DNA of 64,000 bases from Setoptus koraiensis (Eukaryota; Animalia; Arthropoda). The position numbers and the translations under genes were made by a program. Where the stretch lies: assembly GCA_048013815.1 (NCBI GenBank), contig CM106585.1, positions 2,976,001-3,040,000 on the forward strand, given 5' to 3'. Below are positions 25,091-37,400 of the stretch, in pieces. The stretch's first letter is position 1; each line of letters starts with the position of its first letter. Under the pieces are notes generated by a model. That model saw only the letters and a list, made by a program, of their open reading frames with translations. It ran no database searches and had not been told where the DNA came from.

Positions 25091-26527
25091 TAACAGGTTT
25101 CGACTATCCGACCAGCCGAGTAGCCGATTAGCCAACTGTCGACTGGTGACTGGTGACTGGTGAATCAGTTGTGACTCAGTCGGGCTGATATTCTAATCGA
25201 CCCGACGTGCGTCAAACGGAATGTGCCTAGTCACATTCATCCCTGTCAACAGCCAACTGCTGGAAAATCCATAATTGTCATTATTGTCTATTGGCGTGTC
25301 ATTGTTGAGTTGCTGCTGGCGCTGCTGCTGTCAGAAGCAGCAAGTCACTCGATTGGGGGCCCACACTGACACACAAGGGATGAGCGAAAAAGATAAACGA
25401 CACTATTCCAGGGGAGCCATTTGCCTGAATCGCTGTCACAGCCGCTCGTCGTATAATACCCAAGTATTATATTATATATAAGTATAACTATTACACGCTA
25501 TGTATATACTATGTATACATATGTACGTATGTATATGCACCATGGCAATGGCGCGAATAAACAAAAACACCATCAACTTTCAGCAGTTTGCATTAGGCAG
25601 CTAGATACACAAATACAGTGTGTTCATTTGCAAAAACTAACGCTTTAAATAGATATAATAGATAGGTCAGATTAACAGTTTGTTAGTTGAGCATGGAATT
25701 TAGTTGTTGTTTACTTGTTTGTTTGTTTACTTCGTGTCACTTCTTTCCATATAGCTCCGACACAAATCCACTTGACACCACCTAGCAGTAGTTTTGGGCA
25801 TTGTTTTTGACTTTCTCTCTCGGTTAGCCTAGTTTGGCTAGTATTTTTCCAAAGTAACTTGGTAAAACGACACACACAGTAGCAACGATGCCTCAACGAC
25901 TCAACCATCAAAGCCACGGTGATGATCGTATAAACCATAAAGATCCATAGCAACATGATGCAGACTATGCGACAGGGCACGCTTACGCAATCGCTTTGCA
26001 ACCTACATTTTGCAAAGCTGTAATCGCTGTTGTAGTTGTTTGTCTTTGTATAGGTGCCGCTATTGTTGCTTGCACCAACGATGACATATAAACAATAAAA
26101 TATTTATACAATGATAACAATGTATACATAATACGATACGTACGATATTGGTGCATACAAATAGATAGACCTAATTGGGTGACGAACGAAAGACGAGCAA
26201 TCATTTGATGCGTCCCATTTGTTGTTGTTCCTGTAACAAGCCATCGTTTGGCAGCTCTATTTTGTGCTGCCACTGTGTAGGGTTTACATACTTTCGTTTC
26301 GGTATATTTCTGCATATTGCCATAGAAGCTCCATGATAGACCAACGATTTTGACAGGACACAACAACGTGGATCAGACGCTGAGAGCATGACGCCATGTA
26401 TGTAATTGCCAATGTAAACTATTAGCTATTATTATGGTAGCTAATAGCAAATGTACATGATAGGTATATCATAAGCAGTATGTGTATCGTATTATATACA
26501 ATTAGTCGCTAAAGGCACAGAGGGAGA

Positions 26528-26532
<5 letters not shown>

Positions 26533-26574
<42 letters not shown>
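26533..26574 (+). repeat. (AG)n microsatellite
   Basis: Uninterrupted AG run. It is one of many (CA)n/(CT)n/(TTG)n tracts in the window. Confidence 0.95.
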
Positions 26575-26577
<3 letters not shown>

Positions 26578-27450
26578 ATAACTAGATTACTATTTAGATG
26601 GCATTACTGGCTGACATTGCCGCTGATGCAATAAATTGACGTGGACGGAATAGAGCGTCAGTCATGTTGTTTGACCACTCTTGTCAGGTAATGGCAACCA
26701 CTCAGGTAACAACTACTCCATTAATCACACACAAACTGGCCAATACTGGCAACAACTGCCACTTATTCCAGTTCTTCTGGCACCACGAGAACTAAGGTGA
26801 TGTTCACAGCGTACCTCTGGCTGTTGTTGTTGTTGTTGTTTTTCCATCTCTTCGTCGACTTGTTACGTCTTTTGGTTTCTTTCGACTTCTTTCTAATATC
26901 TACTCGCTGGCTGTTATGTTGCTGTGTGCCGACGCGAAGGATTTCTTTTCACTCGGCTTGAACTTGAATTCAAGCATGTCTCGTCTCATAATCACCGTCA
27001 GCGTAACCTTCGCTCTTGTCGCTGCTGTTGCTGTCGTTGGTGTTGTTGTCGTTGGTGTTGTTGTTGCTGCTGCTGTTGCTGTCGTCGTTGGCTGATACTG
27101 ATATTTTGCTGCCGGTGCGTCTGCAAATACGCTCACTAGCTCACACAACAAACGCTCAGATATTGTTGATTGGTCGGCAAGTTACCGTGAACTCATGAGA
27201 ACCAGGTCGCTTCGAACACAAGTGATAAGCTCGCACACGAAAACACATGACTTAATACTTACATAATCACTAGTCGCGTATAGTGTTAATGGAAGCCGTG
27301 GTAACCAATTCAAGTTCATCATCACAAGTTTATTTATCCATCTTTTCGATTCCCGGAACGCACTCACTCTTTAAGCACTGCCATATGAAGCTTGTTAGCA
27401 CGGCGAAAAACGAGTGGTTGTTGCCACGAGTCATCACTGGCTGTCTGGTG

Positions 27451-27483
<33 letters not shown>

Positions 27484-28273
27484 ATTGCTGTTGTTGTTGC
27501 TGTTGTTGTTGCTGTTGTTGTTGCTGCACACAACTGCCGCAAACAGATAACAAAATCAAAGCAATTGCGCAATCATCGGGGCCGCAAACGCCACAAATGA
27601 TACCTATGACTATGTGAGGCACGTCACATATCTAAATGCTGCTCTGTTGTCGACCCCACAATCGCAGCACAAGTTGATTATGCTCACGTCTCAGCACACT
27701 ACAAACAGATGCAGTTGGCAAGCCTAATTTAGCAAGCTCGCAAATATTCGCCGGTGTCTTTCTCTCTCTCTCTCTCTCTCTAACTCTCGCTCTATCGGCG
27801 AGTCTCACGAGCGACGGATTGCTCAGATTCTCATTAGGATGCAAAGTAAACATAACAGAGTGTGTCAGTGTTGCATAATTACTTCTTCTTCTAACCCCCT
27901 GTGTCACACACAAAATGATGATTACGTCACACATTATACTGGCGCTCGCGTATATAGAATTGCTGGTTATTCTAGGTCTGGTCGCACTTAAATAGAAATA
28001 AATAAATAAAAAGAGAGAAAGAAAAAAATAATATTTGCCATAACACAGCAGGCAGTTTGTTTAGCGCGCAATTTTACATTAAACTTTACTTTACTCAATC
28101 AATTGAATCACTCCGCAAACCAACGGAAGCGCCCCCTGAGAACAAAAATCAATATCACTGTCAACTTTGGTCATCTCGTTAACGAGACAGGTTCAACAAG
28201 CAGCCAGTGAATTCGTCCGCGATCGATCAATGTTATCATTGACGAGATAAGCGACTTGCTCAACGTTGGTGCC

Positions 28274-28287
28274 GTTGTTGTTGCTGT

Positions 28288-28340
<53 letters not shown>

Positions 28341-28343
28341 TTG
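28274..28343 (+). repeat. (GTTGCT)n / (GTT)n compound microsatellite
   Basis: Direct reading; it produces the low-complexity ORFs at 28171-28459. Confidence 0.9.
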
Positions 28344-29706
28344 TTTGTTGCATGAGTATCGTCATGAGCATCGCCTACAGCATCTTGGCCAAATCTCGGC
28401 AACAGATTAACACACAGATCACTCTGACGCAACGTAGGGATCAAGTTGAACGATCTTGATAATCTGTCTTATCACTATCATCACCACTGCCATCCGCGTG
28501 ATTATTATTATTACTGCTCATGATGCTATAACTGGTGCCATTATTATTACAACTAATGCTGGCCACATATATAATAACTCATGATTATATATATATATGA
28601 ATATGTGATATTTTGATTATACGATTATGATGATAATACACACCAACACAAACGAGCCATCATCACCTGTGAATCACTAGCTAGTGTGCGATAGAGCCGA
28701 GTCATGTGACCCCACTCATATATGCACATGCCATTTCGGGAGAACCGCGATCATTATTCAAATTTTGCCAAAGTCAGCCGACGATGATGGATGGCAGCAT
28801 CCTTTCTCCTGCTGCTGCCGCTGCATTCAATTTATATAATATATAATGCACATTATATAATATATTGTGTGGCATTATATAATGTGCCGATTATATAATA
28901 CCACCGGTTAGTCACAAGACAATTAATTAGCAGCATGAACCTTCACTATTATGCGGCCACTACAACTAATAGCTGGCAACTGTTGTGATAGCAACAATGT
29001 GGCCAGCTTGTGTGTGTTCTTGGCGCAACTTGTTGATTGGCGCCGATTAGACCAACAACAACAACAGCAATGCCAACAGCAACATGAAATCATATGAATA
29101 TTGCGACCGGTCTAACCGCTGCGAATGACCAATAATTGTGCTTACGTTGACTAGCATTAGTTTACTTGTTTGTTTATCAGTCAGTGTTTGCTGATAACAA
29201 CTAATCAGCTACCGGGCGCCGGCCGGCTTATGTAATAAACACGCCGCAAGAAATATCTTGGGGCCACAACGCATGGCGTGCTGTCGCTGGCACAATTGTC
29301 ACGGAAAGAGCGATTGATCGCCGAACGATTTATGAGACCAGCGACAGGCACGTAGACAGGATAAATAAAACAGAATGAGACAAGCGTCTGACATTTTTCA
29401 ACGCCGGGTCCTCTATTTTTGTGCGTTAGGCCGCCGTTTGGCCTAAAAATAGACGCCTCGCTGCGCACTTGCGACGAATAGACTGTGGATAAATAAATTG
29501 AGAATGGTTCTAAAAATAGCACGAAACATATTGATGCGCAAACCTGCAAAACTTGTCATGTCGCTAGATTGTCGTGTGTGTGTGTGTGCGTGTGTCGGCT
29601 CAGCTAAAAAAGTACATTTTTCCTAGTTAGACGTCGTAATTACAGTATAGCTTTGCTTGATTATCCTAGTTCCTATAGATTAGCATATCATCATACTAAT
29701 ACTACA

Positions 29707-30555
29707 ATGGAGCAAAAAAGAATTGCGTCACTGTTTGTTTGTTTCGTGTCGCTTATTCAGTTATTTCTGATTTGTGCCTCATATACTAATAAGTGTGAGG
29801 CTGCCGAAGTGACTCTCGTAACGAGAGTGTCAGAAGATGGTGTCACATATGAGGAGCTGGCCTTTGAGGCGCCCAAGACGGGTTATCCGAACGCAATGAT
29901 CAACACCTATTGTGCCGCTATGAAGGTCAGACTGTATTGGAATGAATGGAAACAAGAGCTTCAGAAGGGTCTGAGAAGATCCGAGGCACTGAAACAAATG
30001 GGCAAAATGGCGCTGATGTTGTTCAGTGATATACAGGGCATTGATGACAGAATTGAGGGAGGTTCTGGCGACAATGCTGACACCAACAACGACCCCGAGG
30101 ATGATGCTGAAAAAATAACAGACGACAGCGTGCCGGAGTCGGTCATCGAGAAAGACGCACCCAAAGTGAATAGTGACAAGGCCTTGGAGGAAATACAAAA
30201 CTCTGACGCTTTCAGAGAATTGTTCAAACAAACAGGCAGCGCAGCCATAGATGTGATCAAAAAATGGGTGCCAATTGTGAGCAAGGGCGTCAGAATCAGA
30301 TACATGTCCGCCTGGTGGCTCATGATGAGTTGCATATTTGTCAAATATTATCTCTACGATCCAGCCTTGAGCGAATGGTTGAATCTGCAGAGATGGATGC
30401 CGCAATATCCCGACTTTCAGGAATTGCAATTGAAAAATCAAAGCTGCAAACCGGTGCGATTCTTCATTCGTTTGTTGGACGTGTGCAAAATAATCAATCC
30501 TCTGTTCAACATAAGCTTGGGCCAATTCTCTCTGGATCACATGATGAAATACTGA
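29707..30555 (+). CDS. Secreted orphan protein, 282 aa, intronless
   Basis: The track ORF starts at a non-ATG codon; the first ATG is 29707. MEQKRIASLFVCFVSLIQLFLICASYTNKCEA looks like a signal peptide. It is followed by a helical-looking N region, an acidic linker (GGSGDNADTNNDPEDDAEK) and an aromatic-rich C region. AATAAA x2 at 30769-30778. A long antisense shadow ORF indicates strong codon structure. Confidence 0.85.
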   Translation: MEQKRIASLFVCFVSLIQLFLICASYTNKCEAAEVTLVTRVSEDGVTYEELAFEAPKTGYPNAMINTYCAAMKVRLYWNEWKQELQKGLRRSEALKQMGKMALMLFSDIQGIDDRIEGGSGDNADTNNDPEDDAEKITDDSVPESVIEKDAPKVNSDKALEEIQNSDAFRELFKQTGSAAIDVIKKWVPIVSKGVRIRYMSAWWLMMSCIFVKYYLYDPALSEWLNLQRWMPQYPDFQELQLKNQSCKPVRFFIRLLDVCKIINPLFNISLGQFSLDHMMKY

Positions 30556-31015
30556 TATTACTTATACTACTGACATATAGTATAATAATAAGTATAATAT
30601 AGGACAGATAGAGTGACAATGGCGCCGCATAGGTTTTCGAATAATAATTAATAACTCGAGAGTGAGATTATTGGACAAGTTATGCAAACCGGCACTTGTT
30701 ACTTGTAACCAGTGACCAGTTGACGCAAACAACAATCAAAATCACTATCGCACTGGATGTTCGAATACAATAAATAAACATTATAAAATAGTCCAGTTGT
30801 GCAGGGCAACTAGACACACTTTATCCCGGAATTTCTGTTTTTTGCATATCTACGCTTCGGAGTATCTTTGCTTCTGTAGCCCGCCCCATTTCAAAACGAT
30901 ACTCAGGCATGGTAAGCAAATCACTGATTACCAATTGAGGCGCTAAGTATGAGATTTTTATCGCATCTATATATTTTAATAATAATAAGAGTATCAATGT
31001 TACTAAATTTGCTGC

Positions 31016-31782
31016 TCATGGCGCGATCCGAATGTCGTGGTATAGGCCCCACAAACAAGCTATCGTTTCAGTAAAATCAGTTTGTCATATCGATTTCATA
31101 TAAATACAAGTATAATAAAACGATTGTTTTTCAATTCGAGCTCGGCTTGATGTGGGCCAATCAAATAGGAGCCCGAAATAAGCCCGAATAAAACCTTGAT
31201 GCTCTGACTAGCTCCATCTATCATGGGCCGCTTATCGTGTCTTGAATTTAACAGCTTCTAAACAATTTTTGTCCATGATCAATATCCATAGATAAGTTTG
31301 GAATCATTTCAATTTGAGCAGGTCAGATAATAGCGTCATCATGGTATGCTGTTACAACTTACCATAATAAACTTTCTTGTCCTTGTCTAGACATCGTCGG
31401 GTACATCTATAGTAACATTTTCCGCGTCTGCATCCAGTGAGCTATGTCATGAGGGGGGGGGACGCGAATTTCAATTGCATTGGATTTTTTGATTAGCTGT
31501 GATAATTAGCGACTTGATTATGCGCACACATTGTGCATTACTGGTATTATCAACGACTAACTGGCGGTCGATCAATAATAGACTACATAATAATCTAATT
31601 GATTTTACTGTATTTTCTAATAATACACCTTGCTTTTGGCGCCCTCAGCTGGACGCATTTCTTACCTTTGTTGGACCACATTTTTCGCAATAATCTCCGT
31701 TGGGCATCCTTCTCATCGCTTGGGCCACCACATTAGATACCAACAATGCCGCGATTACCAATAAAATGAGATTGAATTTCAT
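31016..31782 (-). CDS. Secreted cationic cysteine-rich peptide, ~79 aa; exons 31782-31666, 31441-31363 and probably 31059-31016
   Basis: Exon 1 MKFNLILLVIAALLVSNVVAQAMRRMPNGDYCEKCGPTK ends at AAG|gtaaga. Exon 2 follows a C-run and catag acceptor, reads LTGCRRGKCYYRCTRRCLDKDKKVYY in phase, and ends at G|gtaagt. Candidate exon 3 reads ACLWGLYHDIRIAP* with ATTAAA at 30980-30975; an alternative exon 3 at 31257-31232 gives EAVKFKTR*. Confidence 0.75.
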
Positions 31783-34442
31783 TGTAGTGAGGCCAAGTAT
31801 GATGGTCAATGAAAAAATGGTGCTAGTTGCTTGAATTCGCAGTTCACAATAACGATGCAAACTTGTAATAACTCGTATAAAAATAACTACAGTATCGCGA
31901 TTGCACCACGATACTCTGTAGACGGGAAGATAAAATCTCCAAGTTGATGAGGGCATTGTATCATTATCGATCACCTAGCAACTATTGGTTTATTTGGATG
32001 GAAGGAGGCCTCACGCGCGACGATAGAGATAGGGCAAGTAGCAGTAATAAAGTTAAAGTGGCGCCACAAGTTATTGTTGTTATCTATTACATTAACAAAC
32101 AAGTTGCAATACGTGATTCAATAATTGTTGATATTACACAATTGTTTGTGTGCCAATTCAACACAAGTTGCTCACAAGCAGATATTGCAGTTCAGTCGAT
32201 GGTGAACTATGCATTCATTTGTTACACCATTTCAAACAAACATCTTGATATGATTACACAAATCAAACCTCTTTCCAAACAAGACATCACGTCAAACGGC
32301 CATATTAGACAGTGTGACAAATACGAAGCAACTAGTCGCGTTGATTGATTAGATGTGTTTGCTTATGGTTGAGCTTGCATCAGTAATGGAGGATACCCCA
32401 TCTTACAAACTTGCTCATCGCCCAATAAAGTGATGACACAAATGATTAAATCTGATATAGTGACAAGTAGTAGGCATTTAGCAACCGTAGATTTGTTGTT
32501 GTCTCACTGGCGACACTAATTAAGCAATTATATTGACTCAGATTTGTTGTCTACAACGGCGGACAACGAGAGTGAGACGATGCAAAAAGATGATGCCGAT
32601 CTGTTCAATGTCTTTTTGTTGCATAGAAATAAGTTTGTTCGACTTTATGAAAAAGTTTCAACTCTTCACCACAAGAGGGCCCCACACACCTGTCGGGTTT
32701 TCCGCTCGGTCACCGCGCCCTGTTCACGCGCTTATTTACGAGCTATTACGATCTTATCAAGCTCGGATATACCTAGATCTTATATTAGTTATGTAAGTAT
32801 CTGGGAAACTTCCAGAGATTTGCCCATCTCGAGAATTGCAATGATTGTGAGACTGACAAAAAATAAAAATGAAAAAATAAACACGAGCATAACTGACAAA
32901 TCTCGAAGCGAGCCAAACAAACGAAAAAGTGTGTGAGAGGCATATTTTCGTTGTGAGGTTATCGCCAATGCAAGTGCCACGTGAGCAGGTGAATCGCGTG
33001 CATTATCATTATCATTGAGTAACATTTATCGTAAAATTGTGCCAGAGATGTTGCATGAGTTCACGTCTAACAAGTTTCATCGGAACATACAGTCAGCATT
33101 TAATGTGTGGCGACCCGCAAATACCTAAAGATCGGACTGACGTATCTGGACGGGCCATCGCTCGACCTAACGGCGCTCACGAGCACATAATCCGTATGCG
33201 TGGTATTAAGTGACTGACGCGAAAATAAAATTTGATAAATATAAATTTTGATACGCCGTCGCACACAATAACTCGGCTGGATTCTTGTTGGATGAAAAGG
33301 TGAGCCATAAGATGCTCCAATTCCTTGTGTATCACTGACGCATGCTGAAGATTTTCGCCAGGTGACGATGACTAATCTTGTGTGCGACTAACCTTGCGAC
33401 GCGGCAAGCAGAGCGGTCAATGCACAAGATTTTAGTTTATGCCAATTGTCTACCTATTGCCATTTGCAGACGACATGCCAGCGCTGATGTAACAATGTTA
33501 CTTTCTTTTTCATTTTATGATCTAACAAACAAACAGCCTGTTGATGTTGTTGTCGGCTTGGCTGTGGCATACGATAGATGTTGATTCTTATCGCACTAAT
33601 GACAACCTGTCTTATGTCTCTGTAAGCCGACGCCTACAAGTGAGTGGCGAATTCTGGTTTGTTGTTGCAGTTGTTGTCTCAGTTGCTCGGCTGTTTAAGT
33701 TGCTTATGCATTATTCACGAACGCGCAATTCCTGCGAAATTCGGTTGTTGCTTCTATCCAGCAACAACAACAACAAATATCTCTGTATGTGGTTGAATCA
33801 TCATTACGCACAATGGCGCACATTTAATACTACTAATGCTATTAATATTACAAGCCATCACACAAATATAAGAACAAGAACAAAAAAGAATAGCAGCTCA
33901 AATATTTTCTAATTCGCGGAATGAGAGATAAATCGCGTTGCAGTGAGCGCACTCGCAAGCGATGCCACATGCAAGATAAGGTGACATACCTTTGTGTCGG
34001 TGTTGGCATACGAAGTGACCAGCCGCGGCTACAAATACCTCGCGGAATGGCCTGTTGCGGCGTTCGTCGCGGTGGTTGCTGGAGGACATGAGCTAGTTGT
34101 TGGTCGCAAATTTTGTACAAAAGTTCAGGAGCGCCGCGTCACTAAACATGGCGATACGAGCAGAGAGAATAAATGAGAAACAGACAGAGGAATTCTGTTT
34201 GTTTGGTCATGTGTGTGTGTGTTCGACAACACAAGCAAGGTTCGGGAAGTGGCCAATTCGCGCAGTTCTTTTGCCACAAACACACAGTTGACATATTCAT
34301 ATAATTAGACCATTCTCTGGTTTCACTTGATCTCGACTAATTTGTGCCATGTGTGCTTGTTAATTGCAACGCCAATTTTAACTAATACTACAAACTGACA
34401 TTGGCAGTGTCTACCAATTAGCCGTTTGTATTGACAAATGTA

Positions 34443-34473
<31 letters not shown>

Positions 34474-37400
34474 GGACACACAAACGGCAGACAGACGTCA
34501 AATGGCTGCGATACTTTGGACTCGTATATGAGTATAAGTAGGTTAGTTTTTATTCGGGCCCGATGCGTTGCGGCTGTGGCCGTCAATTGAGTCGTGCAGG
34601 CAGCACAATAAATTTCAATACAAGCAAAGTATCAACGTTGTTGTTGACTGAATTTAAATTTAAATTCAAATAGCGCACATCGGACAATTTCGAAAATGAT
34701 AAACATGAGAGGGCAGCCAAAATGATGGCGCTGCCGGGTATATGATCGAATGCACTTCTAATGGGCCGCAGTCAGCGCCGGCTTCTCAAATCGCTTATCT
34801 AATGATGATGATCTATTCATATGTCGCGTTATTGTTGTCGTTATCTCTATATGTCTCTAGTCGCCAGCCACGTCCAGTGTTCTGTCCGGTTGGTCTAGCT
34901 GCATTTGTGGTGTGCGCCACTGCAGCATCACCGTTGGTGCTGTTGTCGTTGCTGTTAGAGGTCATCATGGTCCAGTGAATGACGACAGCAGGGGAGCCAG
35001 CCGATGGGCACCATCGACGCAATAGTTGTGATGTTCCCACAAAAACAGGCCAGTGTGTCCGAGCAGGCAACTGGACCACAGCTAACGGGCAAACAAATAG
35101 ACAACCAATGGATGAGCAAGCGACGCTGTTGCCTCAAGAACATCCCACACTGAGCATATTTCGGCCACCGCCGTTTTCCTGCAATAACTAACGGTACATG
35201 ACGCAACTTGCACGCCACCGCGCATAGATAGGAAGCGGCACAACATGAAGAGAATGCATCGTGTGCACCGAATAATAGTAATAATTGTAATAATGGCCAC
35301 AACGAGTGAGATAGACGATAAAGGGGAGCCTGGATAAAGGAAACCGTGGACCTCATGGTTAATTCATCCTGAATGAATTAACCATGAGCTTCCACAGCCA
35401 ACACGCACACCATACCACGGCATACCAGCTACGGCATACCAGCTATGGCATAGTTGCTGGTACAAATTTCTGGTCGTCGTTGTCGTGGTCGTTGTCGTCG
35501 TGGGTTGTCGCGGACACGCCGAACATTGCGCAAGGCTCCATTAGGCATGCACACGACGCTGGTTTCCGTCGCAGGGGCCGGCCGCGCTGGGGCGCCACCG
35601 GAGCGCCTTTATCAATCTTGCACGCCCCTCCTATTACTGGTTGCACCGGGGCTGGGCAAGCTGGCGGATCGCTCTTGCTTTGTTGTTCTTATCAGGGGAG
35701 ATGTGTCAGGCCAGGGGCCATGCTCGCCGAGGGCTTAGCTGGTGCAATTACTGTAAATAAGTGGAGATATCAAAATGGCTGGTAATCGAAAACACGCGTT
35801 CGAGTGTCAGTTGGTGTCAGCGGGCTGTCAACACTGTTCACACTGACAACTCTCACACACACCCGCACACTCACACACACACACACGCACACCCACACAC
35901 ACGAGCAAATAATCCCGTCTTGTCCATTGGGCTCCAGCGACTGGAGTTGTTGTGCGAACTTGCAACGTCCTTGTCAATCGCTGTCGTGTTGCCTATAGTT
36001 GGCGAGCTGTCTCGACTGTCGGACCCGTGCACCCGTTTGCTATTGAGCCGCCAGGTGCAGAGATTTAAAAAGTGTCGAGACTTGAGCGGCGTGCCTCCGA
36101 CGGCTGCCGGCCCGAGAACGAGCACCGTGTTCGGTGTCATATTGGAATTGAGTGCCGCCTCATTGATTGTTTGCCGCGACTAAACGATACGGCCTGGCTG
36201 TTATTTGAGCGGTGTGGTCAGGTGTCCTTAGGTTGGGCAACAGTAGTACTACTGTTACAACAATGGGCAATGGGCAATGGGCAATGAGCGGCAGCAGCAA
36301 TGACACACACACACACGCAGTGATTGCGCGATGACGGCGATGCTGATGAGCAATTTGATCCGATGAAATGTTGATTGTTCCCCTCGTTGGTTAATCTTTT
36401 GTGTTTGTCCATGTTTGCTGTTCATCTGTTGTGCGCTTTCGTTGCCGTGGTGGCTCTCACATTTAAAAGCATCGCTTGATTGATTATGTAATGCTGCCTA
36501 ATGATGGGCTGGTCGATGGGCTAGTTGTTGCTGCTGCTGTTGCCGGCACTGCACATGCCAGAGTGATGATGAGCGCTGTCGGATCGGCGGCGCGTGTTGT
36601 TTAACTACACTAATCATTATAATAATGGCGCTTTCATTAGTGCTGATGATGATATGTCTGCCTCAATGTCTAGCCATGTATCATGGCTAGTCAAGTATTG
36701 TGGAGGATGTGTTCAAAATAAATAACTAAATTACTGTTGTTGTTGGCCAATTCAACAATACGGCGCACGCAAGACAAACAAGAGTTAACAACAAGGGATG
36801 CCAAATTGGCCTGAAATGTTGCCCAATCACAAGCCCAGCGCACACACTGTAATACAGTGACTGTATGTGTGCAATTGTGCGGCCGCCCACGCGAGACATT
36901 GGCGCTGCGGCCGGCACATCCGATCGGCCAGATCGGCCGGATCGGCCGCGCCAACAAGATGGGTGAGATGGGCCAAAACTAGCGAGATCGGTGCGCCATA
37001 ATGAGCGAGATGCACTCTCGCTGCAATCTATTATTATGCTGGCATTATTACGCTTGCTAGGCGGCGCCAAAGTTGCCTCGGACATACACACATATCGGCG
37101 CGTATGTCCGACGTGCTGGCGCTGGCGTGGAGACAGCTCGTCAAAATTGATGACCAACACAAAATGTTACCAGCAGCGCCAATCAATGACCATGATGCGC
37201 TCATTTGATGATTACCATGATTTGGCCAACTTTCGGCGGCTCGTTGGTTGCGCAATCTGTGTGCGCAACCAGCCACACACTCTTTCACGGTGCGGCAACC
37301 GGCACAGAGTACGCAACACCGAGCAGGCAATAGGCCCAGTGTGCAACTCGGTGTATGCAAAACTGACCAAGGTAAAAAGCGCGATTTCGATCTAATGAGA

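Noticed and set aside
26900-28460. Several Thr/Ala/Cys/Val-rich ORFs (also 6343-8389 and 23168-23844)
   Set aside because: Products of TTG/CTG/CA microsatellites with no domain content.
29830-30540. 236-aa antisense ORF overlapping the secreted orphan
   Set aside because: Codon-aligned shadow of the plus-strand gene with no protein-like features; likewise 14674-15081, 19685-20014 and 41435-41854.
32542-32936. 130-aa ORF / exon-like segment with a gtaagt donor at 32793; reverse strand begins ATACTTAC like U1 snRNA
   Set aside because: Two frames are open with no recognisable product. The U1-like octamer is just the complement of a donor site, and no U1 stem-loops or Sm site follow.
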